64,000 nucleotides of DNA from Candidatus Aminicenantales bacterium (GCA_049515535.1 JBEKTZ010000010.1:1-64000); one strand, 5' to 3'; counted from the first letter of the stretch, positions 38,002 to 47,277 are shown. Notes: generated from the letters alone by a model not told the origin. A program made the numbers and translations.

Positions 38002-38697
38002 ATGCGCGAACGATTACGGCCGGAAAAACGGACTTCCCCGAAAAAAAGAATTTCGACCGCCGCGCTTTTCGATGACGTCAGGAAAGAAGCCCGGAATTAT
38101 TTTCCCGCCGCGCGGGGAAGCCACGACTGGGACCATACCGAGCGGGTCTTGCGCCTTTGCCTCAGGATCGGGAAAAAAGAAAACGCGGACCTCGAAATTC
38201 TGGAACTCGCCGCGGTCCTCCACGACATCGGCCGCCCGGAAGAAGACCGGACGAGCGGAAAAGTCTGCCATTCGGAAGCCGGCGCGGCCCTGGCCAGGAA
38301 AATCCTCGCGGCGCACGGCGTCGAAGATGAAAAAATCGCCCGAGTCGTCCACTGCATCGAAACCCACCGGTTCCGCAAAAAAACCGTCCCCGCGACCAAA
38401 GAGGCCAAGATCCTATTCGACGCCGACAAGTTGGATTCCATCGGCGCCGTGGGTATCGGACGAGCCTTCCTTTTCGCCGGAGAGGTCGGCGCCCGTCTCC
38501 ACAACAAGGATCGCGACCTTTCGAAAACGCTGCCCTATACCAGGGAGGACACGGCGTTCCGGGAATTTATGGTCAAGCTGCGCTGGATCAAAGACAGGAT
38601 GCACACGGCCGAAGGCCGGCGCATCGCCGCGGAGCGCCACAAGTTCATGGTCGATTTTTTCGATCGGCTGAACAAAGAGACCGACGGCGCGCTATAA
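38002..38697 (+). CDS. HD-domain phosphohydrolase (YedJ-like)
   Basis: SHDWDHTERV, LHDIG, FDADKLDSIGA motifs. Confidence 0.88.
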   Translation: MRERLRPEKRTSPKKRISTAALFDDVRKEARNYFPAARGSHDWDHTERVLRLCLRIGKKENADLEILELAAVLHDIGRPEEDRTSGKVCHSEAGAALARKILAAHGVEDEKIARVVHCIETHRFRKKTVPATKEAKILFDADKLDSIGAVGIGRAFLFAGEVGARLHNKDRDLSKTLPYTREDTAFREFMVKLRWIKDRMHTAEGRRIAAERHKFMVDFFDRLNKETDGAL

Positions 38698-38721
38698 GAC
38701 GGGATACCGGAAGGCCGGCCT

Positions 38722-39492
38722 TCACGTCCTATGAACGAGCGACGTCGCGGCCTGTGCCTGGGGCATGACGATCATTTCGCTGATGTTGACGTGGGCCGGC
38801 CGCGTGGCGCAGAAAACGACGGCGTCGGCGACATCGTCGGGCGTCAGGGGCTGGAAGCCCTGATATGTTTTGGCCGCCCGCTCGCCATCGCCGTGGAAGC
38901 GGACGAGGCTGAATTCCGTCGAAACCATGCCGGGGTCCACCGTGCTCACGCGCAGGGGCGTCCCCGACAGATCCAGCCGCAGTCCCCGGGACAGGGCGTT
39001 CACGGCGAATTTCGTGGCGCAATAGACGTTCCCGCCGGGATAGACTTCGTGCCCGGCAATGGACCCGATGTTGATGACGTGGCCGCCGCCGCGCTTGACC
39101 ATCCCGGGAATGACCGCCCGGCTCACGTAGAGAAGCCCCTTGACGTTCGTGTCGATCATCTCTTCCCAGTCGCCAATCTTCCCTTCATGCAGCTTATCCA
39201 GTCCCCGGCTCAGGCCGGCGTTGTTAATCAGGACATCGACGGCGGTCCACTCCGCGGGAAGGCCGGTAAATGCGCGCTCCACCGCGGCCTGGTCCCGGAC
39301 GTCGAGCTGAATGACGCGCGACGGAACGCCGTGATCGGACGTGAGCTCCGCGGACAGCTTTTTCAGGCGCTCCAGCCGGCGGGCCGCCATGAGGATTTTG
39401 GCGCCCTCGCGGGCGAAAGCGCGGGCGCAGGCCTGCCCGATGCCCGAGCTCGCGCCGGTGATGAAGACGATATTATCGCGAAGAGAAAGCAT
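38722..39492 (-). CDS. SDR oxidoreductase (YdfG-like)
   Basis: TGASSGIG, NNAG, YCATK motifs; RBS AGGAGG. Confidence 0.9.
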   Translation of the reverse strand: MLSLRDNIVFITGASSGIGQACARAFAREGAKILMAARRLERLKKLSAELTSDHGVPSRVIQLDVRDQAAVERAFTGLPAEWTAVDVLINNAGLSRGLDKLHEGKIGDWEEMIDTNVKGLLYVSRAVIPGMVKRGGGHVINIGSIAGHEVYPGGNVYCATKFAVNALSRGLRLDLSGTPLRVSTVDPGMVSTEFSLVRFHGDGERAAKTYQGFQPLTPDDVADAVVFCATRPAHVNISEMIVMPQAQAATSLVHRT

Positions 39493-39563
39493 GTTCGGCC
39501 TCCTTGAATTCGTCCATGAAGGGAAGTCACAGGATAGAATGAGGCGGGAGCCAAGTCAAGGCT

Positions 39564-39740
39564 CGGGGCAGAGAGCCGTCGGCACGCCGGTTTCCCCGGC
39601 GAGGAAACCGGCTCTGGCGTCGGCTCGCTCCCCGCTGCGCTCGCGCAGCGGGACCATGCCCGCTCGCCTCCTTATGGCCTCCTCGCCCTCTGCCCCTTCG
39701 CCATAAATAATAAAGCGGGTCCGTGCCCGCTCGCCGCGGC
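39564..39740. other. Dense cluster of intergenic hairpins
   Basis: GCCGGTTTCC...GGAAACCGGC and CCCGCTGCGC-TC-GCGCAGCGGG enclosed by GGGGCAGAG...CTCTGCCCC. Confidence 0.55.
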
Positions 39741-39746
39741 CTCTTA

Positions 39747-39839
39747 GGCCCCGGGTTTTGCCTGGGGATCCAATTCCGCCGTACTCGCTCGTGGATATAA
39801 GCTACGGGCGAGTGGCAAGCTCTTGGCTCATCCCTTGAC
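39747..39839 (-). repeat. Modular palindromic repeat, copy F (inverted, A-type)
   Basis: Reverse complement GTCAAGGGATGAGCC...CCACTCGCCCGTAGCTTATATCCACGAGCGAGTACGGCGGAATTGGATCCCCAGGCAAAACCCGGGGCC aligns to copy A. Confidence 0.85.
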
Positions 39840-39891
39840 TCCGCGTTCGCGCGCGCTTGACTCCAGTTCCTAAGAGATATATTTTTCCCCT

Positions 39892-41076
39892 ATGAATCTC
39901 CGAATGCGCCGTTTCAGCCTCCTCTGTTCTCTTTTTCTTTTGGCCGGGACCCTCGCTCCGGCGCCTGCCGAGCGCCAATCTCAATCGTCTCCGCCGAAGG
40001 AAAGCCGGAAAAGCGAAGCGCTCGCGCCGGGCATCGAGCATCTTGAAATTCTCCGGGGCGACTTCGCCTCGGAGCCAGGGACCGACCGCTGGATCATCAA
40101 CGTCCTCGTTGTCGAGCCGAAGAGCGGCCGGCTGACTCTGGCGCGGGCGTTGGATGAAGTCGTGGGCGCGGAGACGACGAGCTCGCTCGCGATCCGCCAC
40201 GGCGCCCTCGCCGCCGTGAACGGCGGCTATTTTCGGACGACCGGGACCTACCGCGGCGAGCCGGTCGGGATGCTCGAGCTCGACGGAAAAGTCCTGAGCG
40301 AGCCGAGCCTCCCCCGCTCGGAGCTCGCCATCACGAACGCGGGAGGCGCCGTCCGCATCGCCGTCGCGCAAATCGGCGTCAAGACCGAGATCGTCGCGGA
40401 CGGCCGGGAGACGCACGCGGCGGACGGCATCAACCGCCCCCGCGAAGAAAACGAGATGATCCTCTTCACGCCGGAATTCCATCGCACGACGCTGACCGAT
40501 CCCGGCGGCATCGAGATCATCGTCGAGCGCGGACGGGTGACCGCCGCGTTCGACGGCGAGGGCAGCCGGCCGATCCCTTCCGAAGGCTACGTTCTCTCAG
40601 CCGCGGGAGCGGCCGGCCGATGGGCGCGAGAACATCTTCGCTTCGGCGCCCGCGTCGAGGTCCGGACCGAAATCACGTCCCATCCTCCGCTGCCGTTCGC
40701 TCCCGAATTCATCATCGGAGGAGGGCCGCTCCTCGTGGCGGCGGGGCGGTCCCTGGCTGCGGCCGCGGCGAACGCCGAACAATTCAAGGCTGATTTCAGC
40801 CGGGCCCGCCATCCGCGGACGGCGGTCGGGGTCCGGGCGGAAGGTTCCCTGGTCTTCGTCACGGTCGATGGCCGCCAGCCGAAGAAGAGCGTCGGGATGA
40901 CCGTCGACGAGCTCGCGGGCCTGATGCTCGAGCTCGGCTGCGTCGACGCCATCAACCTCGACGGCGGCGGTTCGACGACGATGGTCGTCAAAGGCAGAGT
41001 CGTCAACAACCCCTCCGACACGACGGGCGAGCGGCCGGTGAGCGACGCCTTGCTTATTTTCCGGCGATGGACGTGA
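39892..41076 (+). CDS. Secreted phosphodiester glycosidase (NAGPA) family protein
   Basis: AVNGGYF, HPRTAVG, VDGRQ, NLDGGGST motifs. Confidence 0.88.
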   Translation: MNLRMRRFSLLCSLFLLAGTLAPAPAERQSQSSPPKESRKSEALAPGIEHLEILRGDFASEPGTDRWIINVLVVEPKSGRLTLARALDEVVGAETTSSLAIRHGALAAVNGGYFRTTGTYRGEPVGMLELDGKVLSEPSLPRSELAITNAGGAVRIAVAQIGVKTEIVADGRETHAADGINRPREENEMILFTPEFHRTTLTDPGGIEIIVERGRVTAAFDGEGSRPIPSEGYVLSAAGAAGRWAREHLRFGARVEVRTEITSHPPLPFAPEFIIGGGPLLVAAGRSLAAAAANAEQFKADFSRARHPRTAVGVRAEGSLVFVTVDGRQPKKSVGMTVDELAGLMLELGCVDAINLDGGGSTTMVVKGRVVNNPSDTTGERPVSDALLIFRRWT

Positions 41077-41135
41077 GGATTTGGCCCAATCCGGTCTAGC
41101 CCTAGGCCGCCGGGCTCAGGCCGGTCAGCCCCCTT

Positions 41136-43691
41136 TTAGGGGTTCTCGGTCGCGGCCCGTTGTCCCATTTCTTGGAGGGTCTTGGAGATTTCGATGAAAT
41201 GCTCGATCACTTCCGGGTCGAACTGCGTCCCGGAACAGCGGATAATCTCCTTGACCGCGGCGTTGTGGGTTTCCGCGTTCCGGTAGGGCCGATCCGAGGT
41301 GATGGCGTCATAGGTATCCGCGACGGCCATGATCCGGTCCCCGACCGGTATTTCCTGCCCCTTCAGCTTGTCCGGATATCCGCTGCCGTCGTAGCGTTCG
41401 TGGTGGTGGCGGACCAGCGTCATGATCTGCTGCAATTCGACGACGGGCTTGAGGATCGTCGCGCCGACGACCGGATGGTTGCGGATCTGAGCGAACTCCT
41501 CGTCGGTCAGCTTGGCCTTTTTGTTGAGAATCCGCTCCGAGATGGCAATTTTCCCGACATCGTGAAGGACCGCCGCCAGCTCCAGATCTTCGAGCTCCCG
41601 CTCTTGGAGCCCCATTTTCTTGGCGATCTTGAGGGAAATCTCCGTCACCCGGGAGGAATGGTCGCGCGTGTACTTGTCCTTGGCATCGAGCGCCGAGACC
41701 AGCGACTTGACCATCGACAGAAACAGTGTCCTCTGCCGTTCCACGAGGTCCTGGGTCCGCATCTTGAGATTCTGGTTGACGAGGGCGAGATCCGCCTCCG
41801 CTTTACGCATGCGCAGAAGCGACCGGATCCTTGCCTTCAACTCGACGGAATCGAAGGGCTTGGGAAGATAATCGTCCGCCCCGGACTCGATCCCCTCGGC
41901 GAGCATTTCGGCGCCGGACCTGGCTGTGACCAGGATGACGGGAATGTGCTTCAGCGCGTCATCTTCCTTGACCCTCCGGCAGAACGCATGACCGTCCATG
42001 CCGGGCATCATCACGTCGCTGAGGACGAGATCCGGCATGTTCTTCCTCATCAAGGTCAACCCTTCTTCCCCGGACGAGGCGATATCGAGATCGAACTCTT
42101 CGCTGAGCAACAGCTTCATCAATTTGAGGATTTCGGGATTGTCGTCGATGACCAGCACGCTGTATTCGTGAGTCCGGTCGCGGAACAGGGTCTCGGGACC
42201 GATCTCGATGCGCTCCAGGTCCACGAGCTGGAGCTTTCGGTAATCCGAAACGATGTCCTGGACCCGGGGAGGCTCCGCGTCGGAGACCCTTTTCTTGAAT
42301 GTGACGGGCATATCGGCCACGCGCCGGTCGAGGACGTCTTCCGAATAATGATCGTCGCCTTTGTGGATCTCCACCAGGAAGCGCGAGCCTTTCCCCATTT
42401 CGCTCTCGACGCGGATGACGCCGCCGTGGAGCTTGACGATTTCGCGGGCCAGGGAGAGACCGATGCCCGTCCCTTCATGGGCTCGGGAGAGGGAGCCGTC
42501 GACCTGGGAAAAGCGGTCGAAAATTGATTCTAGCATGTTTTGCGGAATGCCGATGCCGGTGTCTTCGACGGTCAGCAGGACGGTCGTTTTCTTCTCCTCG
42601 AGGTAGACCGTGATGCGTCCGTTTTCCGGCGTGAATTTCAGCGCGTTGGACAAGAGATTGAGGACGACCTTCTCGAAATTGTCGGGATCGAAGGTCAAGG
42701 GCACCTCATGGGGCGGGTGCTGAAAAAAGAGTTTGATGTCCTTGCGGTCGGCCAGCGGCCGGACCGAGGACAGGAGGGTGCTGAGGTACTCGGTGAAATC
42801 CAAAGTCCTGACCTTGAGCCTCATCTTCCCCTCCTCGAGCTTGGTCAGGTCGAGGAGGTTGTTGATGAGCTTCAAGAGTTTCAGACCGTTATGGCGGATG
42901 GTCTCGAGCGTGTCTTTCATCTTGGCCGAGACTCGTCCCATCTGCCCTTCGATCATGGGACCCAGGGGGGCCAGCATGAGGGTCAGCGGCGTCCTCAATT
43001 CGTGATTGACGTTGGCAAAGAATTGCGTTTTGAGCTCATCGAGGCTTTTCAGCTTGGCGTTCGATTTCTGCAACTGTTCCGTCGTCTCTTCGAGCTGGAT
43101 GCGGCTGCGGAGCTCGCGGCGGCGGATGTTGTCCATGACATAGGAGCCGGCGGCGCCGACGAGGATGATCGACGTCAGGAAAAAGAGGTTATTGACGACG
43201 AATCGCCATTCGCTGCCTTGAGGAATGCCGAGGGTGCCGCTGCGGCTCAGGTTGATGAAGCTGGGAATGGCGTAGCTGGTCCAAGTCAGAGCGAAGAGAA
43301 TGATGGATTCGCGGAAGGCCAGGGGGATGACGACGACCATGCCCATGACGATGATATTCAATCCCTGGTAATAACTGGTCAGGAATCCGCCCATGATCTG
43401 GATCATGATGGCGATGCCGATCGCATCAAAAACCACCATGGCCATGCCCAAGTTGATGTAACCGCGGTTGGTTTTAGTCCGGGTATATAAGAACAAAAGA
43501 AGGAAATGGAGTGCAACGACGACAAGGCGAATGATAAGGAAGAGCCGGAAGAACTGCGGCGTATAAACCCAATCCAGGATCAGGAAGGAAGGATAGAGGA
43601 CCATGCTGATATAGATGGCCAGCCTGGCCCTCCCTTTCATGTCATTCTCTTTATAAAGCCTTTCCTCAAAAACTTTTTTTTGGCTATCCAT
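41136..43691 (-). CDS. Membrane hybrid sensor: about 6 TM-HisKA-HATPase-REC-HD-GYP
   Basis: NHELRTPL, NLLSNALKFT, DTGIG, GTGIGL, SDVMMPGMDG, HDVGK, HHERYDGSGYP motifs. Confidence 0.92.
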   Translation of the reverse strand: MDSQKKVFEERLYKENDMKGRARLAIYISMVLYPSFLILDWVYTPQFFRLFLIIRLVVVALHFLLLFLYTRTKTNRGYINLGMAMVVFDAIGIAIMIQIMGGFLTSYYQGLNIIVMGMVVVIPLAFRESIILFALTWTSYAIPSFINLSRSGTLGIPQGSEWRFVVNNLFFLTSIILVGAAGSYVMDNIRRRELRSRIQLEETTEQLQKSNAKLKSLDELKTQFFANVNHELRTPLTLMLAPLGPMIEGQMGRVSAKMKDTLETIRHNGLKLLKLINNLLDLTKLEEGKMRLKVRTLDFTEYLSTLLSSVRPLADRKDIKLFFQHPPHEVPLTFDPDNFEKVVLNLLSNALKFTPENGRITVYLEEKKTTVLLTVEDTGIGIPQNMLESIFDRFSQVDGSLSRAHEGTGIGLSLAREIVKLHGGVIRVESEMGKGSRFLVEIHKGDDHYSEDVLDRRVADMPVTFKKRVSDAEPPRVQDIVSDYRKLQLVDLERIEIGPETLFRDRTHEYSVLVIDDNPEILKLMKLLLSEEFDLDIASSGEEGLTLMRKNMPDLVLSDVMMPGMDGHAFCRRVKEDDALKHIPVILVTARSGAEMLAEGIESGADDYLPKPFDSVELKARIRSLLRMRKAEADLALVNQNLKMRTQDLVERQRTLFLSMVKSLVSALDAKDKYTRDHSSRVTEISLKIAKKMGLQERELEDLELAAVLHDVGKIAISERILNKKAKLTDEEFAQIRNHPVVGATILKPVVELQQIMTLVRHHHERYDGSGYPDKLKGQEIPVGDRIMAVADTYDAITSDRPYRNAETHNAAVKEIIRCSGTQFDPEVIEHFIEISKTLQEMGQRAATENP

Positions 43692-46600
43692 GAATTTCCC
43701 TGACCTTCGCCACGACGATGTAGCCCTGCGGAGGATCGCCGAAAGAAGGAATCGTCTGGAGGGTTTCCCAGCCCGCTTCCTCCATCAGACCGCCCAGTTT
43801 CTCCGGGTCGAAAAAGTCGAAGGTCCCGGCCTCTTCCATCTCCACGAGGGCCTGGGCGTCGTTGAGGAAGGAACGGATGGATTCGAGGAGGATCTGTTTG
43901 GGCCGTTCCGGCGGAAGGTCCTCGGCGGGCGTGGCCTCGATCTTATCCACGAGCCGCGTGAAAAGACCCGAGGCGTCGGCGTCCGGACGCATGCTTGAAA
44001 GGACTAGCCGGCCGCCCGGGGCAATCATCCGCCTGATCTCAAGAAGCGTCTCGACGGGGTTGAAAATATAGGATAGAACCAGGCTCATCAGAATTTTATT
44101 ATAATGGCCGGCTTTGATCGGAAGATAGAGATTCTTCTCCAGGTCGTCCGAAAACACCAATTGACGGTAGGCGGGCGTCATCCGTTCGAGCCCCTGGACG
44201 AAGCGGGCAGCCAGATTGAAATCGAGGATCGTCCGAATCTCGGGGAGGTCGAAAGTCCGTTTCAGCCATTCCATGTGCTGGGGCGTGATTGCTTCGCCCC
44301 GCAGGATCCTGTGCAGCCGAGCCGAGTACAATTCCTCGATCCGGGCGGCGGTCTGGAAGGTCAAGTTTTCGATCCGATCCACGAGCTCCTTGAAGCCGGC
44401 CACTTCGCCGCGAAGGAATCGCCGGACCGGGAGGTACCGGTTCATCTCCACGTCGCCGGCCAAGGAATCAAAGAGGACCTTCGGCCCGGCCTTCCCGAAG
44501 AGCGGCCTCAACTTTCCCACGGCTTTGGCGATGCCTTCGGGCACGAGATCGGCGATCGTGATATGACCGGGCAGCGGAAGGCCGTTTTTGAGGAGATGTT
44601 CGATGAAGTTGCCGGTGCCGCCGCCGAGGTCCAAGAACCGGTCCGCGGGCTTGAGATCGAGGGCCAGGAGCTGGTCTTGCATGAGCTGTTGATAATCGTC
44701 CGACAAGGCCATGACGTCGAAGCCGATGAGTCTGTCCTCGCCGACGAGGTAGCGCTGCCAATAGTCCTGGCGATTCTTGATTTTTCGCGGCGGAATCCTG
44801 TCTTTCTCGACGCGGCGCATGACCTCCATGTCTTTTTTATTGGGAAGGACCGGCATGATCATGTCTTTATAGAGGAAGCGATGGATCAAAGACGTGATCG
44901 TCCCGAACAAGCGGAGCGCGTCTTCGGATGTCCGGGCGTTGTGGCCGATGGGAACCGGGATGACGTCGCGGGGAGCATCGGCCTGGATGCTCATGATATC
45001 CCGGATGAATTCGGCTTTGACCCAGTGATCGTGCTCGCCGAAGATCCACGTGACCGGGATGTCGATATGGCGCATGTCTTCTCTCGCCTGGTCCAAGGTC
45101 GCGACGGCATTGGCCACGCCGTCGGCAACGTAGGCGTCCACGTTGACGAGATTGCCCAGGACCGGCATGACGCCGAGCTTGATGCCGAGCTGGTATTGCT
45201 CCAGGAAGTCCAAGCCGCAGTTGATGCGGGTCATGAGATGGCGGAATTCCGGCGTGCCCATGCAGGAAATCCAGTAACCTATCCGGCGGCGATAGGCATC
45301 GTCCCTCAAGAGCAGCCGAGCGTCCAGGGCCGAGAGCGAAAAGCTGATGAGAATGACCGCGCTCGCCTTGAGCAGGGGATTGAGTTCGAGCCAATCCAGC
45401 ACGGCTTTGATATCCTCGGCGCCCTGAGTGAACGTGGAATTGATCATTTCATAGGGCGGGAACGACGCCTCGGGGTCCCTGTAGCTTTCTCCTTTACGCC
45501 TGATGCCGTCATAGCGGATGACCGCGATGGGCTTGCCTCGAGTATAAAAATTTTCGACGATCGTCTGGGCCAAAGCGAACAGGGTCTCCTTGGTTTTGCC
45601 GAAAGCGGGGGGGACGATGACGACGGGGATCGGGTCCTGATCCAACGGAAGGGAGAAATTCAAAAGGCCCGTGATCTCTTCGCCTTTTTTGTTTTCCAGG
45701 TGGATGACTTGAGGGGGCCTTTTCGCCAAAGCGCCGAGGTCGGACTGCCGCCTCGGCCCGGTCCGGAATTTTTCCGTGTCCTTCGTCTTGGGCTTTTCCG
45801 TTTGCGCGTCGAATTTCGGCATTTCCGAAGTATTGATCGTCAGGCGTCCCATGCCGAATTGCACGCCATATCTCAGGCGACCCGTCCCTTCTCTGTCGAT
45901 TTTAAAAATGTTCCGGATCTCTCCCCGGACTTCGCGGATAAGCTTCGCTTTGTGAAAAATCCGGATGGAATCCAGCGGCGTGCCGATCAGGAGAGCGATG
46001 TTCCTTGCCTCCGTGACGAAACTCACGCCCCCTTCGCTGATATCCGTAATCGTGCCCCGGATGGTCGCGCCGAAAGGATCGGGAAGGGAAATCTCCACGT
46101 CGAGGCGGCCGTCAGACTCCGCTCTCTTGAAAGACCGTTTCTCCGAGTAAAAGAGAATTCGCGGGTACAGGCATTCGAGGCTGCGCCCGTCGTCGCTGAT
46201 GCGATAGACGATCGTCTCGAAGGTATACGTGGCGTACCCGATTTGGAAGGAAATGAACAGGCTGTCCGACGTTTTGAACTTCGTGTCCAAGTCCTCGCCG
46301 GCCAAGCGGCAGAAATGCCAGGGCTCGACGGCCTCGAGTCGCAGCGTCGCGTGCGTTTTCTGCCGGGAATGAATGGCCGTGATCTCCGTTTGGGACCGCA
46401 GCGCTTCCGCGATCAATTCCACGATTTTAGCTTTGTCCGTAAAGTCGACGATCTTATCGACGCGAAGGAAAGGATACTTCTCCTTCAGCTCGGAAAGGCT
46501 GCTTTTCATGTACTGATCGGACAGAAACCGGACCAGGGCGCGGCGGCCGTCATCCTCGATCAGGAGAAATTTTACGCCGACCCCGCCGATCTCTTCATCG

Positions 46601-47277
46601 ACGCGGACGACGCGTCCGGTCGCAAGCAACGGAGGTCCCTCCGGCAGGAAGATCTTGAACGGCAGGATGTAATTCTTGGGCAGGATCGTCCTGACGAACA
46701 TCCCGCTCTCGCTCAGATTTTCCACGGAGGCCTTCCCGTGCCCGCCCATGTCGACTTCGATGTCGTAATCGCCGTTAATCGCCGCCCGCATGATCCGGCG
46801 CTTCTCCCTGGACTTTTGGGCGATCAGCGAGCCCATGAGCTGTTTGAGCTTGGCCGGATCGAACGGCCGATCGTAGTGATAATCGATCCGCCCCAGGAAC
46901 GGATCGCCAAGCTCCGTTTCCGGAGCGCCGGGCTCCGAAATCAGGATCTTCACGATCTGTTCGGGTTTCTCCACCATTTCGTTGACATAACGGAACAGAA
47001 GCGCGCCGCCGTTTCCCGTGACCGATTGGTCGACAAGAAGGGCATCGATCGATCCGAGATTTTTCAGGAGCTGGATGGCCTCTCGCCCGCCGTTCGCCGT
47101 TTGAACCGCATAATCCGGTTCCATGACGGATTTCAAGGCCGCGAGCCACGAAGGATTGTCGGTGACGGCCAGAACGACCGGTTTGGAGGAGACCACGGGA
47201 TCGAGGTTTTTCACGGCCTTCTTTTCGTCAAGAAACGAATGGTCAAAACTCGCCACTTCCTTTATAAGATGCTCCAT
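43684..47277 (-). CDS. Multidomain REC-PilZ-PilZ-LuxD-like alpha/beta hydrolase-SAM methyltransferase
   Basis: LLVDQ REC; RRIMR...NLSESG and RSFKR...DISEGG PilZ motifs; VIRYD, SFSLSA, DHWVK, GH hydrolase; LDLGGGTG MTase; start uncertain (47277 or 47409). Confidence 0.8.
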   Translation of the reverse strand: MEHLIKEVASFDHSFLDEKKAVKNLDPVVSSKPVVLAVTDNPSWLAALKSVMEPDYAVQTANGGREAIQLLKNLGSIDALLVDQSVTGNGGALLFRYVNEMVEKPEQIVKILISEPGAPETELGDPFLGRIDYHYDRPFDPAKLKQLMGSLIAQKSREKRRIMRAAINGDYDIEVDMGGHGKASVENLSESGMFVRTILPKNYILPFKIFLPEGPPLLATGRVVRVDEEIGGVGVKFLLIEDDGRRALVRFLSDQYMKSSLSELKEKYPFLRVDKIVDFTDKAKIVELIAEALRSQTEITAIHSRQKTHATLRLEAVEPWHFCRLAGEDLDTKFKTSDSLFISFQIGYATYTFETIVYRISDDGRSLECLYPRILFYSEKRSFKRAESDGRLDVEISLPDPFGATIRGTITDISEGGVSFVTEARNIALLIGTPLDSIRIFHKAKLIREVRGEIRNIFKIDREGTGRLRYGVQFGMGRLTINTSEMPKFDAQTEKPKTKDTEKFRTGPRRQSDLGALAKRPPQVIHLENKKGEEITGLLNFSLPLDQDPIPVVIVPPAFGKTKETLFALAQTIVENFYTRGKPIAVIRYDGIRRKGESYRDPEASFPPYEMINSTFTQGAEDIKAVLDWLELNPLLKASAVILISFSLSALDARLLLRDDAYRRRIGYWISCMGTPEFRHLMTRINCGLDFLEQYQLGIKLGVMPVLGNLVNVDAYVADGVANAVATLDQAREDMRHIDIPVTWIFGEHDHWVKAEFIRDIMSIQADAPRDVIPVPIGHNARTSEDALRLFGTITSLIHRFLYKDMIMPVLPNKKDMEVMRRVEKDRIPPRKIKNRQDYWQRYLVGEDRLIGFDVMALSDDYQQLMQDQLLALDLKPADRFLDLGGGTGNFIEHLLKNGLPLPGHITIADLVPEGIAKAVGKLRPLFGKAGPKVLFDSLAGDVEMNRYLPVRRFLRGEVAGFKELVDRIENLTFQTAARIEELYSARLHRILRGEAITPQHMEWLKRTFDLPEIRTILDFNLAARFVQGLERMTPAYRQLVFSDDLEKNLYLPIKAGHYNKILMSLVLSYIFNPVETLLEIRRMIAPGGRLVLSSMRPDADASGLFTRLVDKIEATPAEDLPPERPKQILLESIRSFLNDAQALVEMEEAGTFDFFDPEKLGGLMEEAGWETLQTIPSFGDPPQGYIVVAKVREIHG

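Noticed and set aside
6320..39839. Repeat family as a CRISPR array or an IS element
   Set aside because: Copies are dispersed with no regular spacers, and no cas gene or transposase is present in the window
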